A DNA stretch of 64,000 nt from an uncultured Planctomycetia bacterium (GCA_964527555.1 CAZGOG010000003.1:4320-68319); one strand, 5' to 3'; numbered from the stretch's first letter, positions 9,820 to 19,740 are shown. Numbers and translations: made by a program. The notes: generated by a model not told the origin, from the letters alone.

Positions 9820-10803
9820 ATGGCGATACGATTAAAGAATTTTGAGTTACCCAAGAAAATAGTTTTTGACGAAAAGACATATACTCCGAACTACGGAAAG
9901 GTTATCGCGGAACCCTTTGAGAAGGGTTACGGTATAACCATAGGGAACTCCTTAAGGAGGGTGTTGCTTTCGTCGATAGAAGGAACCGCTGTCACGCAGG
10001 TAAAAATCGCGGGCGCCCTGCACGAGTTTTCAACCGTTCCGGGGGTCTACGAGGATGTGACCCAGATAATAATGAACATAAAGGGGCTGGTCCTGAGGTC
10101 GCATTTTAAGAGCCCCAAACCCATGTTTCTCAGCGTCAGCAAGAAAGGGGAAGTTACGGCCAAGGATATTAAGACAGACGAGACGGTCGAGATCATAAAC
10201 CCCGAGCATCATATAGCGACGCTTACCGAAAACACCAAGCTGGAAATAGAGATGAAGGTCGAACGCGGACGCGGATACGTCACTAGCGAAAGGAACAAGA
10301 CCGCTGATGATCCTATAGGGGTCATCCCTGTCGATTCACTGTTTTCGCCGGTAAAAAGGATCAATATAGACGTTGAAAACACCCGTGTGGGACACATTAC
10401 CGATTACGATAAGCTTATTCTTGAGATATTCACGGATGGCAGCATGGAACCGAAAGACACCATTCTTTACGCGGCGAACATACTGCAGAGACACCTTGAT
10501 GTCTTTATAGGCATAGGCAAGCTTCCGGAAGACATGGAAGAAGAAGAGGAAGAGTCCAAGGAGAAGAAGGAGCTTACGAAAAAACTGACTAAACCGATTT
10601 CGGAACTGGAACTATCCGTCAGAAGTTCCAATTGCCTGGCGGAAGCGAACATCCGCACGATCGGGGACCTGGTTAAAAAGAAAGAAACGGAAATGCTTAA
10701 GTATAAGAATTTCGGCAAGAAATCGCTGAACGAGATCAATAGCGTTCTCTCATCGATGGGGCTGCATCTCGGGATGGAACTCGAAGAGATTGAAAAAGAA
10801 TAA
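9820..10803 (+). CDS. rpoA: DNA-directed RNA polymerase subunit alpha
   Basis: 327 aa. N-terminal dimerisation domain (GNSLRRVLLSSIEG) and C-terminal alphaCTD (LELSVRSSNCLAEANIRTIGDL). Confidence 0.95.
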   Translation: MAIRLKNFELPKKIVFDEKTYTPNYGKVIAEPFEKGYGITIGNSLRRVLLSSIEGTAVTQVKIAGALHEFSTVPGVYEDVTQIIMNIKGLVLRSHFKSPKPMFLSVSKKGEVTAKDIKTDETVEIINPEHHIATLTENTKLEIEMKVERGRGYVTSERNKTADDPIGVIPVDSLFSPVKRINIDVENTRVGHITDYDKLILEIFTDGSMEPKDTILYAANILQRHLDVFIGIGKLPEDMEEEEEESKEKKELTKKLTKPISELELSVRSSNCLAEANIRTIGDLVKKKETEMLKYKNFGKKSLNEINSVLSSMGLHLGMELEEIEKE

Positions 10804-10821
10804 TGAAAGAAGGGGCAATAG

Positions 10822-11439
10822 ATGAGGCACTGTAATAAGAAAGGAAGACTTAACAGGAGGACAAGTTGGCGCAAAGCGACGCTTAAGAGCTTGGCGAACG
10901 ATCTGTTTACATACGAGAGGATAGAGACTACCCTGGCAAAAGCCAAGGCGCTTAGGGTCTTCGCGGAACCCTTGATAACGCTGGCTAAGAACAACCCCGG
11001 CTCGATAAATGCCAGGAGACAGGTTTTTCAGAAGCTTTGCGACAAAAGCGTTGTAAAGAGTCTTTTTACTGATATTGCTCCGCTTTACAAAGATATCTCT
11101 GGTGGATATACGCGCATAATCGCGCTTGGCGGAAGAAAAGGCGATGGGGCCCAGATGGCTATCATGGAGCTGACAAAAAGAACGGTCTCGGACGAAGAAC
11201 TTCTGGGGAAGAAAGAAGAGAAAAAGAAGCCGAAGAAAAAGGTGAAAGAGAAGAAAGAGCAGCCCGCAGAGGAGAAAGAGGCGAAAGGGGAGGTTCACCA
11301 CGTGGCTCCAGAAGTGGATATCGAGGAACAGGAAGAACGTTCTGTTGAAGACATCAAAAAGGAAAAAGCGAAAACCGAGCAGAAGAAGGTGACAAAGCAA
11401 GGTATTTTTAAGAGGTTTCGCAGAAAATCCATCGGGTAA
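10822..11439 (+). CDS. rplQ: 50S ribosomal protein L17 with ~85-aa KE-rich C-terminal extension
   Basis: The N-terminal ~120 aa are L17 (YTRIIALGGRKGDGAQMAIMEL). The rest is low-complexity and K/E-rich. Confidence 0.9.
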   Translation: MRHCNKKGRLNRRTSWRKATLKSLANDLFTYERIETTLAKAKALRVFAEPLITLAKNNPGSINARRQVFQKLCDKSVVKSLFTDIAPLYKDISGGYTRIIALGGRKGDGAQMAIMELTKRTVSDEELLGKKEEKKKPKKKVKEKKEQPAEEKEAKGEVHHVAPEVDIEEQEERSVEDIKKEKAKTEQKKVTKQGIFKRFRRKSIG

Positions 11440-11461
11440 TCTTAATTTTGGTAGACATTTT

Positions 11462-11545
11462 GGGTCAAAGGTCATGAGTTTGGGGTCAAAGTACTGGCCC
11501 TAAAGTACCCTGCCTTTGACCCTTTTTATTTTTCCTTTCTTTTTG
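11462..11545 (+). terminator. rho-independent terminator-like structure closing the ribosomal super-operon
   Basis: GGGTCAAAGG (11462-11471) pairs with CCTTTGACCC (11513-11522). There is a second direct copy of GGGTCAAAG, an internal GTACT/AGTAC hairpin, and a following T-rich run (ttttta tttttcc tttcttttt). Confidence 0.5.
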
Positions 11546-11580
11546 GACTTTATAATCTCGTCTTTCGGAGGAAGAGAATC

Positions 11581-14193
11581 ATGAGTTCCGATCTTACGCC
11601 AATGATGAGGCAGTACCTGGAGATCAAAGAAGCGCACAAAGACGCCATCGTTTTCTTCAGGCTAGGCGACTTTTACGAGATGTTTTTTGATGACGCTATC
11701 GAAGCGACGCGCATCCTCCACATAACACTCACTTCAAGAGAATCCGGTAAGGGCAATAAGGTTCCGATGTGCGGCGTGCCGCATCACGCGGCCAATAATT
11801 ATATCGCCCGCCTGGTCAAGTGCGGCAAGAAAGTCGCGATATGCGATCAGGTGGAAGAGGCAGGCATCGGCAAAACAATCGTCCGCCGCGAGATAACCAA
11901 AATAATAACACCCGGTACTTTTCTGGCGGATGAACTTTTGGATGAAGCACTTAACAACTATATCCTTTCCTTTGACTCTAAGGGCGGAAAGTTCGGTCTG
12001 GCATACGCGGATATATCAACGGGTGAGTTCCGTGTCACCGAACTTGACAATAAATCGGATCTATTCAGCGAACTATACAAGATCTCCCCGGCCGAGTGCC
12101 TCATATCCGAAAGTTTCTCAAAGGATAAAGACTTCGCGGAGTACAAGGATATAAACCTGGGAGCTATAACTGTAAATGATGACTGGATGTTTGATTATGC
12201 GCTGTCGCTCAAGGAGATAAAGAGCCACTTTCTCGTGGAAAGCCTTGACGGGTTCGGGTGCCAGGGGTTGGAGACTGCAGTAGGGGCGGCAGGTGCGCTT
12301 TTAAAATACCTGAAAAAGACGCAGAAGAGGCCGCTTACGAATATCGATGCGATATCGACGTACCGGATGAATCAGTTCATGACGATGGATAGCAGCAGCC
12401 ACCGGCACTTAGAGCTGATTGAAAACCAGGAGGATTCTTCCGCTCGAGGGACGCTTCTCGAAGTGCTGGATAAGACCAAGACGCCTATGGGAAGGAGGAA
12501 ACTGAAGAAGTGGATACTGAACCCCCTTCTTGATGTAAGAGAGATAAACGAGAGGCTCGCTGCAGTGGAATATTTCTGCGACAATCCGGACACGAGGAAA
12601 GAGGTGAGGGGTTTTCTGGATGAGATATACGATATTGAGAGGCTTTCCAACAAGGTGAGCCTCTTGACGGCCAATGCCAGGGACATGGTGGCGCTCGCTT
12701 CTTCACTTAAGAATATCGCAAAACTCAGAAGCAGTTTTAAAAAGGATATGCCCGCTCTTCTTAAACGGCTTGTCAGCAAACTCGATGACTTTAAGGACGT
12801 AATCGCGTGGATCGGCGCGTGTCTGGTAGATGAGCCCCCCAATGCCATAAAAGAAGGCGGCTTGATAAGAAAGGGATACCATCCTGGGGTAGATGAGCTG
12901 CTTGAGCTTGTCTCAAGCGGCAAAGACTGGGTCGCGGAACTTCAGAAAAAGGAGATCGAAAGAACAGGCATCGGCTCCCTTAAAGTCGGCTATAACAGGG
13001 TCTTTGGCTATTATATCGAGGTCACCAATGTAAACCTTGATTCTGTGCCGGAGGATTATATCCGCAAACAGACCCTGGCTAATGCGGAAAGGTTTGTTAC
13101 CCGGGCTCTCAAAGAGCAGGAATCAAAAATAGTCGGGGCTCAGGATCGTATCAAGGGCCTGGAGTATGAGATATTCTGCACTCTTCGCGAAAAAGTGGGA
13201 GGCCAGATCGAAAGACTGAAAAGGACGGCTGATTCTGTGGCAGAGCTTGACGTGTTATCGAATCTTGGAGAGAGTGCCGCGGTGAACAGGTACACGCGTC
13301 CCAAGGTAACTAGCGGCAGCGTTTTACGCATCGTTGAAGGGCGCCATCCTGTTCTGGAAAACATCCTTAAAGATAAAGAGTTCGTCCCCAATGACATTTC
13401 TATGGATAATGATGAAAACCGCATATTCATAATCACCGGTTCGAATATGGCAGGTAAGTCCACAATGATACGCCAGACGGCGCTTATCACGATTATGGCG
13501 CAGATGGGCAGTTTCGTTCCCGTACGGGAAGCTGAGGTCGGCATAGTTGACCGGATCTTTACGCGTGTGGGGGCGTCGGACCGCCTGTATCGCGGTATGA
13601 GCACGTTTATGGTAGAGATGGTGGAGACGGCAAACATACTTAATAACGCTACCGGCAGGAGTCTTATCATACTGGACGAAATAGGCAGGGGCACAAGCAC
13701 TTTTGACGGCGTCTCCATAGCATGGGCCGTTGTCGAGTTCATACATCACAAGCTTCCCGGGGCCAAAGCGATGTTTGCCACGCATTATCATGAACTTACG
13801 GAGCTTATGCGCATCATGGGAGGCATAAAAAATTATCACCTTGCCATACAGGAGTGGGGCGAGGAGATAGTGTTCCTTTACAAGATGACCGAAGGAAGCT
13901 GCGACGAGAGTTTCGGTATACATGTGGCCAAACTTGCCGGTATGCCGGGCGGCGTTGTCAAACGCGCGCGCGAGATTTTAAGTAATCTCCAGAAAGATTC
14001 CTTCCAGGGTAACATCTGTTCGCGGTTTCTGGAGAAAAAGGAAGGAAAAGAGAAACAGTTTGATTTTTTTGAAGGGCCCTACCAGGGGCATCCGGTCATC
14101 GACAAGATAAGGGATCTTGATCTGGATAACCTGACTGGCGTGGAGGCCTTAAAGAGAATAGCCAAGTTCAAGGAAGAGCTTGGGGGGAAATAG
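11581..14193 (+). CDS. mutS: DNA mismatch repair protein MutS
   Basis: 870 aa. N-terminal mismatch-binding region (MMRQYLEIKEAHKDAIVFFRLGDFYEMF), Walker A GSNMAGKST, and the STFMVEM motif. Confidence 0.95.
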   Translation: MSSDLTPMMRQYLEIKEAHKDAIVFFRLGDFYEMFFDDAIEATRILHITLTSRESGKGNKVPMCGVPHHAANNYIARLVKCGKKVAICDQVEEAGIGKTIVRREITKIITPGTFLADELLDEALNNYILSFDSKGGKFGLAYADISTGEFRVTELDNKSDLFSELYKISPAECLISESFSKDKDFAEYKDINLGAITVNDDWMFDYALSLKEIKSHFLVESLDGFGCQGLETAVGAAGALLKYLKKTQKRPLTNIDAISTYRMNQFMTMDSSSHRHLELIENQEDSSARGTLLEVLDKTKTPMGRRKLKKWILNPLLDVREINERLAAVEYFCDNPDTRKEVRGFLDEIYDIERLSNKVSLLTANARDMVALASSLKNIAKLRSSFKKDMPALLKRLVSKLDDFKDVIAWIGACLVDEPPNAIKEGGLIRKGYHPGVDELLELVSSGKDWVAELQKKEIERTGIGSLKVGYNRVFGYYIEVTNVNLDSVPEDYIRKQTLANAERFVTRALKEQESKIVGAQDRIKGLEYEIFCTLREKVGGQIERLKRTADSVAELDVLSNLGESAAVNRYTRPKVTSGSVLRIVEGRHPVLENILKDKEFVPNDISMDNDENRIFIITGSNMAGKSTMIRQTALITIMAQMGSFVPVREAEVGIVDRIFTRVGASDRLYRGMSTFMVEMVETANILNNATGRSLIILDEIGRGTSTFDGVSIAWAVVEFIHHKLPGAKAMFATHYHELTELMRIMGGIKNYHLAIQEWGEEIVFLYKMTEGSCDESFGIHVAKLAGMPGGVVKRAREILSNLQKDSFQGNICSRFLEKKEGKEKQFDFFEGPYQGHPVIDKIRDLDLDNLTGVEALKRIAKFKEELGGK

Positions 14194-14218
14194 GGGGATT
14201 CTGAAGGGGATGAGTGTT

Positions 14219-16009
14219 ATGACCAAGATTAATATATTAAGCGAAGAGGTCATAGGCAAGATATCTGCAGGAGAAGTGGTGGAGCGTCCCGCTTCAGCCG
14301 TTAAGGAGCTCATTGAAAACTCCATTGATGCCGGTGCGGACAGCGTGGCAGTTGAGCTTGAGGCAGCCGGCCAGTCCCTGATACGGGTGGCTGATAACGG
14401 CGAAGGGATGACTTCTGAAGACGCTAAGATCGCTTGCCACAGGCACTCCACGAGTAAAATCAAATATACAAGCGATCTTGATCATATAGACACCCTGGGG
14501 TTCAGGGGGGAAGCGCTTTCAAGCATAGCCAGCGTTTCACAGATGGATATTACCAGCTCGAGCAGGTCTAAGGGTAAGGACGCGGGTATCTATCTTTATC
14601 TGGAAAGCGGTGAGATTCTTAAAAGCCGTCCGGCAGGCCGCGCTCTCGGCACGACTGTCGAGGTGAGGAACCTTTTCTATAACGTGCCGGCACGCCGGAA
14701 GTTCCTGAAAAAAGAATCGACGGAACTAGCCGAGATCGTCAACGTCGTCGGCAGGTTCATAGTTGCGTATCCGCATATCGAGTTTAAATTAACGCATGGT
14801 GACAGATGCCTGTTACATGCCACTAAAGACATGGCACTCTTGGAAAGGGTCCAGCTTGTCCTCGGAGGCGATGCAGGTAAGGATCTGGTGGAAGTAAGAT
14901 CCCGGGAAGGCAAGTACGGGATATCCGGCTATATAAGCCGCCCTTCAAGTACACGTAAGGATAAACGTTCGCAATTGTTTTTTGTCAACGGCCGGTTCAT
15001 AAGGAGCAAGCCTCTGGCTGACGCCGTTTATGATGCTTACAGGAGCCTTTTGGAAAGGGGAAGATATCCCGCAGTCGTTTTGTTTATGCAGGTCTCGCCC
15101 GAAGAGGTCGACGTGAACGTGCATCCCACGAAACAGGAGATAAAGTTCGGAGATGAGAAGGAGGTAAAAGACGCTGTTACCAGGGCTATCAAAGACCAGT
15201 TCAGCCGGATAAAGGAGGACGGAACTTGCGGTACACCCCTTTTAGCGGCCGGAGCGCCTGTATCCGGAGAAGCGGAAAGTGCCGTTTTATCTGATGTTGC
15301 GCCGGCTCAGACCGAATTTTCCTATGATCTGGAGAAGTCATCTGTCTCTTCCAAAATGGATGCGACTGAGAAGAAAAGGAACAGCTGGTCCGAAGATAGA
15401 ATGACGGACTCCCGCGGCGATGGACAGAAAGCTCTATCGAAAAGAGAGGAAGACATCTTTCAGGTAGGCGCCTCGTATATCGTGCGAATCGGAAAAGATT
15501 CCATAAAGATCATTGATCAGCATGCGGCCCATGAAAGGGTCTTTTACGAGTTTTTCAGCAAGGCTTCAGAGAGCCGCCCCGTGGAAGTCCAGAACCTTTT
15601 GTTCCCGATACGTATTGATCTTTCCGCGTCTGAAGCGGTTCTCATGGAGAAAATTACGGGAAACTTTAAAACCCTGGGTTTTTATATCGAGGCGTTCGGC
15701 GACAATTCGTTCATAGTGCAGGCCGTCCCGGCAGTTTTAAGGGACCGTGACATCAAAACGGTAATCTACGATATCCTGACGGATCTGGCTTCCCGCGATC
15801 TGGCCAAGATAAATATAATCGATGAACTGGTCAAGCTGACGTCATGCCGCGCGGCGATTAAAGCGGGCGACGATTTGAGTAAAGAGGAGATGTACGCGGT
15901 TTTGAATGAGTTGGAGAAGTGTGAACTGCCCTTCACCTGTCCCCACGGCAGGCCCACCGTCTTGGAGATAACGCTCGAAGAGCTTGAGAAGAGGTTCAGA
16001 AGAAAGTAG
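14219..16009 (+). CDS. mutL: DNA mismatch repair protein MutL (endonuclease-proficient type)
   Basis: GHKL ATPase N-terminus (ISAGEVVERPASAVKELIENSIDAGA). C-terminal DQHAAHERVFYE is the DQHA(x)2E(x)4E endonuclease motif. GAAGGGGA lies 9 nt before the ATG at 14219; the track TTG at 14180 is an alternative start. Confidence 0.9.
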   Translation: MTKINILSEEVIGKISAGEVVERPASAVKELIENSIDAGADSVAVELEAAGQSLIRVADNGEGMTSEDAKIACHRHSTSKIKYTSDLDHIDTLGFRGEALSSIASVSQMDITSSSRSKGKDAGIYLYLESGEILKSRPAGRALGTTVEVRNLFYNVPARRKFLKKESTELAEIVNVVGRFIVAYPHIEFKLTHGDRCLLHATKDMALLERVQLVLGGDAGKDLVEVRSREGKYGISGYISRPSSTRKDKRSQLFFVNGRFIRSKPLADAVYDAYRSLLERGRYPAVVLFMQVSPEEVDVNVHPTKQEIKFGDEKEVKDAVTRAIKDQFSRIKEDGTCGTPLLAAGAPVSGEAESAVLSDVAPAQTEFSYDLEKSSVSSKMDATEKKRNSWSEDRMTDSRGDGQKALSKREEDIFQVGASYIVRIGKDSIKIIDQHAAHERVFYEFFSKASESRPVEVQNLLFPIRIDLSASEAVLMEKITGNFKTLGFYIEAFGDNSFIVQAVPAVLRDRDIKTVIYDILTDLASRDLAKINIIDELVKLTSCRAAIKAGDDLSKEEMYAVLNELEKCELPFTCPHGRPTVLEITLEELEKRFRRK

Positions 16010-16012
16010 GAG

Positions 16013-16672
16013 ATGAGCGAGATGGATAGAATCAAGGCCGGAAAAATATACTCTGTATTGGAGAAGGAATATCCGCAAGCCACCACCGCTCTAAGACATA
16101 AAAATCCGTTTCAGCTCCTGGTAGCGACGATACTGTCCGCGCAGTGTACGGATGAGCGCGTCAATAAAGTCACAAAGGATTTATTCAAGAAATATAAAAA
16201 AGCGGAAGATTTTGCAAAAGTTAAAAATTCCGTTCTTGAGAAGGAAATACGTTCCACGGGTTTTTATAAGAATAAAGCGAAGAATATCATCGCCTCCTCC
16301 AGGAGTATTGCCGGTGACTTCTCCGGGAAGGTTCCGGATAGGATGGAGGAACTTGTTTCTCTTCCGGGTGTTGCCCGCAAGACCGCTAATATCGTGCTTT
16401 TCCATGCTTACGGAAAGAACGTAGGGATAGCGGTTGACACTCATGTGCGCCGCGTAAGCGGAAGGCTGGCCCTTACTGCCCAAAGCGACCCAGTAAAGAT
16501 CGAGGAGGACCTCATGGCGCTTTTCGACCGGGGGAAATGGGGCAGTCTTTCCAATCTTCTTATATCACACGGACGAAAAGTGTGTGACGCACGCAGACCT
16601 TTGTGCCCCGAGTGCCCCCTTAAGGGGTTATGCGCTTCTTTCAAAGAGTTTTATCCTGAGTCTGCAAAATAG
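16013..16672 (+). CDS. nth: endonuclease III (DNA glycosylase/AP lyase)
   Basis: HhH-GPD fold (LPGVARKTANIVL) and a C-x6-C-x2-C-x5-C 4Fe-4S cluster at the C-terminus (CDARRPLCPECPLKGLC). Confidence 0.92.
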   Translation: MSEMDRIKAGKIYSVLEKEYPQATTALRHKNPFQLLVATILSAQCTDERVNKVTKDLFKKYKKAEDFAKVKNSVLEKEIRSTGFYKNKAKNIIASSRSIAGDFSGKVPDRMEELVSLPGVARKTANIVLFHAYGKNVGIAVDTHVRRVSGRLALTAQSDPVKIEEDLMALFDRGKWGSLSNLLISHGRKVCDARRPLCPECPLKGLCASFKEFYPESAK

Positions 16673-16711
16673 AGATCACGGTAGCCGGCGGCAAGAAAGG
16701 ATATAGCTAAT

Positions 16712-17584
16712 ATGGGAAGAAAATTCAAGAAAACCGCACTTTTTATAATCCTGCTGATCTTATTGGCATTTACCCCCGGCTTTATAAACAGCAGTATCTT
16801 CGCCCCCTACAGAGAGGAGATAATAGACTGGATGAGGGATCTGCCGCTCTTTAACGCTGGGCGTTATAAATCTTTCCGGAACGAAGTGCTCCCGGAGATA
16901 GTCATAATAACACTTAAAAACGGCGGCAAGATTACAGGCGTTATCCAGGAGGAAAAGCCTGGCGGGATCATGGTGGATGCCGGGTTCGGCACTGTCACGA
17001 TCACGAGAAGCGAGATTGAGAGAATAGACGAGCCCGCACCCGGCGATAAAGAAAAGATATCAGAAGAGTGGCAAGAGCACGCTTTCCAGACTACGAGTAT
17101 TACCAGGAGCGCGGCAAGAAAGGATATAGAGGAGTATTATAAACGGGTGGAGGAAAACCTCAAGATCAAAGGGGAGGTAACAAAGCGCGGCATAGAAGTA
17201 AGGTATTATGGCTCGGAAGAAAACAGGATCATCGTCGAAGCTGTTTTGAACGGCAGGATCAAGACGTTGATGATAGTGGATACAGGCGCGACCAGTGTAT
17301 GCATTACGCCGGAAATCGCCAAAAGGTTAGGGGGTATCCCGGAAGATACTTCAAAGAGGACTAAAGTAAAGTGGGTTGACGGTACTGTAACTGAAGCGAT
17401 CCCCGCGGTCTTAACGTCAGTAAAAATCGGCGAAGCGAAAGCGGAAAATGTCAGCGCCCTGGTGTCCGATATGCCTCCCTTCTTCGACCCGAGGGTAAGC
17501 GGTCTTCTGGGGATGAGTTTCTTGAATAAATTCCACGTTACTATCGATCCGGTCGGTAAAAACTTAATACTGGAGGAGAAATAA
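16712..17584 (+). CDS. membrane-anchored retropepsin-like (clan AA) aspartic peptidase
   Basis: N-terminal TM helix. LMIVDTGATSVCI active-site DTGA motif. C-terminal GLLGMSFLNKFHVTID, typical of the bacterial retropepsin-like family. Confidence 0.7.
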   Translation: MGRKFKKTALFIILLILLAFTPGFINSSIFAPYREEIIDWMRDLPLFNAGRYKSFRNEVLPEIVIITLKNGGKITGVIQEEKPGGIMVDAGFGTVTITRSEIERIDEPAPGDKEKISEEWQEHAFQTTSITRSAARKDIEEYYKRVEENLKIKGEVTKRGIEVRYYGSEENRIIVEAVLNGRIKTLMIVDTGATSVCITPEIAKRLGGIPEDTSKRTKVKWVDGTVTEAIPAVLTSVKIGEAKAENVSALVSDMPPFFDPRVSGLLGMSFLNKFHVTIDPVGKNLILEEK

Positions 17585-17586
17585 AG

Positions 17587-18411
17587 ATGAAAATAGCAGG
17601 TATAAAACTATCCCGTAAACCAAAATCATATTTTGCAGGGGTGCTACTGGTGGTATGCATACTTGTAATCACAGGTTTCAGCCAGAGGGTAGAAAGCCGT
17701 GGCGATATAAATGAGGCGTTAGTTTCTGATGTGGTAGATGGGGATACTATTATGCTGGTTGGAGGCAGACGCTTGCGGTACATCGGGATTAACACACCTG
17801 AGATTATGAAACGTTTTGGCGCCCGATGGCAATATGCCCCAGAGCCGTTTGCCCAAAAAGCGAAGGACTATAATAGGGCTCTCATTGGAGAGAGAAAGAT
17901 TCGTCTTGAATATGATAAGGATAAAGAGGATGCGTATGGACGTCTGCTAGCGTACGCGTATAACTATAACGGGGAAATGATCAATTCTAAAATGATCTCC
18001 GAAGGATACGCTTCAGTTTACACATTTCCGCCTAATGTTAAATATTATGATCTTTTTTTAAAAGCGCAGGAAGAAGCCATAGCAAATAGGCGGGGCATAT
18101 GGAGCGGTCTGGAAGTGATATCTGCGGGGGAGGCTTTAGGACATATCGGAGAATACAGGATAGTACGGGGACTCGTTACGGATGTCCTTGTATTGCCTCA
18201 AGGCATTTTCTTTTATTTTGGACCCGAGAAAAGCGGGCTTTTCCGAGCGGTGATATTTATAAGGAATCTTTCTCTTTTCAAAGAGAAGGGAATAGATCCC
18301 GAAAGCGAGTATCTGGATAAACATGTTGAGCTGACGGGAAGGATCGAGTCTGCCAAAGGAGCGCAGATGATTCTTGATAATCCCTCGCAAATAAAAGTTA
18401 TAGAGCAATAG
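17587..18411 (+). CDS. thermonuclease/staphylococcal-nuclease (SNase) family protein, membrane-anchored, with C-terminal extra domain
   Basis: N-terminal TM helix. SNase core motifs DGDTI, RYIGINTPE, YGRLLAYAY, SKMISEGYA. ~90 extra C-terminal residues. Confidence 0.75.
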   Translation: MKIAGIKLSRKPKSYFAGVLLVVCILVITGFSQRVESRGDINEALVSDVVDGDTIMLVGGRRLRYIGINTPEIMKRFGARWQYAPEPFAQKAKDYNRALIGERKIRLEYDKDKEDAYGRLLAYAYNYNGEMINSKMISEGYASVYTFPPNVKYYDLFLKAQEEAIANRRGIWSGLEVISAGEALGHIGEYRIVRGLVTDVLVLPQGIFFYFGPEKSGLFRAVIFIRNLSLFKEKGIDPESEYLDKHVELTGRIESAKGAQMILDNPSQIKVIEQ

Positions 18412-18424
18412 GTTAAGCGACCAT

Positions 18425-18447
18425 AAATCCAGGCGGGATTTTTTCCC
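18425..18447 (+). terminator. weak rho-independent terminator-like hairpin after the nuclease gene
   Basis: AAATCC aggcg GGATTT stem-loop followed by TTTTT. Confidence 0.35.
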
Positions 18448-18573
18448 TTTAAAAACCTTCAAATCCCTTTAAATGGGGGAAATTATTACTGCTTGTAATA
18501 CTAAGAATATTATGATATTTTAATCTAATCTTTATAATACAATAAACGGGGTTATTGCTAAAGGCAGGTAGGA

Positions 18574-19740
18574 ATGAAACTAGCAAAGAGGATTATGTCA
18601 ATAGAACCCTCCGTGACTTTGGGTATTACCTCAAAAGCCAAAGAGATGGTCTCTTCAGGCGAGGATGTAGTAATTCTGGCTGCCGGAGAACCTGATTTTG
18701 ATACTCCGGAGGCGGTGAAAGAAGCGGCGATAAAGGCTATACGTGAGGGGAAGACCAAGTATACTCCTGTAGTCGGAACACAGGCGCTCAGGGAGGCTAT
18801 CTGCCGCAAACTGAAAAATGATAACGGTTTAGGCTATGAGCCCAGTGAGGTGGTGGTTTCAAACGGGGCGAAACATTCACTTTATAACATCCTGCAGGTT
18901 ATATGCAATCCCGGTGATGAGGTTTTAATTATCTCTCCTTACTGGCTGAGTTATCCCGAGATGGTAAAATTAGCCGGCGGCGTGCCCAAGATATTGCCGA
19001 TGCGTACGGAAAACGGTTTTAAAATTAATGCAGGTGATATCAAATCTTCTTTGACCGGCAAGACACGCGCCCTGATCATAAACAGCCCTTCAAACCCTGC
19101 CGGTGTGGTTTACACCAGGGATGAGCTGGCGATGATAGCGGGGACTTGCGTTGAAGCGGGCATTACCATAATAAGCGATGAGATATACGAGAAGATAATC
19201 TTTGATAACGAGAAGCATTTTTCCATCGCCGCTTCTTCGCCGGAAGCGCGTTCCATGACGGTTGTCGTAAACGGTCTGTCAAAAAGCCATTCGATGACCG
19301 GCTGGAGGATGGGATACGCCGCCGGAGATAAAGAGATGATGAAGAAGATCTCTATTCTTCAGGGGCAATCGACGTCGAACGCCTGCTCCATAACCCAGGC
19401 GGCATCAGAAAGAGCTTTAGCAGGCGACCTGGAAGAAGAGATTAAGCGCAATTGCAGGGAATTCGAAAAGCGCAGGGATGTTCTTATGGGCCTTCTTGCG
19501 CGGGAAGAGAAGATAAAGCCTTTCAAACCGAAGGGTGCGTTTTATCTGTTCTGTGATATATCAAGATGCGGGATGGATTCTTTGACTTTTGCAAAAAGGC
19601 TTCTCGCCGAGAAACGCGTCGCAGTAATACCGGGAGGGCCTTTCGGGGCAGATGGTTTCATCCGCATGAGTTTTGCAACAAAAGTAGAAAATTTGGAGAA
19701 GGGAATAAGTAGAATAAAAGATTGGGTGAGGAGCGTATGA
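18574..19740 (+). CDS. class I PLP-dependent aminotransferase (aspartate aminotransferase-like)
   Basis: 388 aa fold-type I aminotransferase. NGLSKSHSMTGWRMGY contains the PLP lysine. Overall AspAT-like architecture. Confidence 0.85.
   Translation: MKLAKRIMSIEPSVTLGITSKAKEMVSSGEDVVILAAGEPDFDTPEAVKEAAIKAIREGKTKYTPVVGTQALREAICRKLKNDNGLGYEPSEVVVSNGAKHSLYNILQVICNPGDEVLIISPYWLSYPEMVKLAGGVPKILPMRTENGFKINAGDIKSSLTGKTRALIINSPSNPAGVVYTRDELAMIAGTCVEAGITIISDEIYEKIIFDNEKHFSIAASSPEARSMTVVVNGLSKSHSMTGWRMGYAAGDKEMMKKISILQGQSTSNACSITQAASERALAGDLEEEIKRNCREFEKRRDVLMGLLAREEKIKPFKPKGAFYLFCDISRCGMDSLTFAKRLLAEKRVAVIPGGPFGADGFIRMSFATKVENLEKGISRIKDWVRSV

Noticed and set aside
14180-14218. TTG start at 14180 for mutL as given by the ORF track (would overlap mutS by 14 nt)
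   Set aside because: GAAGGGGA lies 9 nt upstream of the ATG at 14219. That start also places the GHKL motif ISAGEVVERP at the position seen in E. coli MutL, so the upstream 13 codons are probably untranslated.
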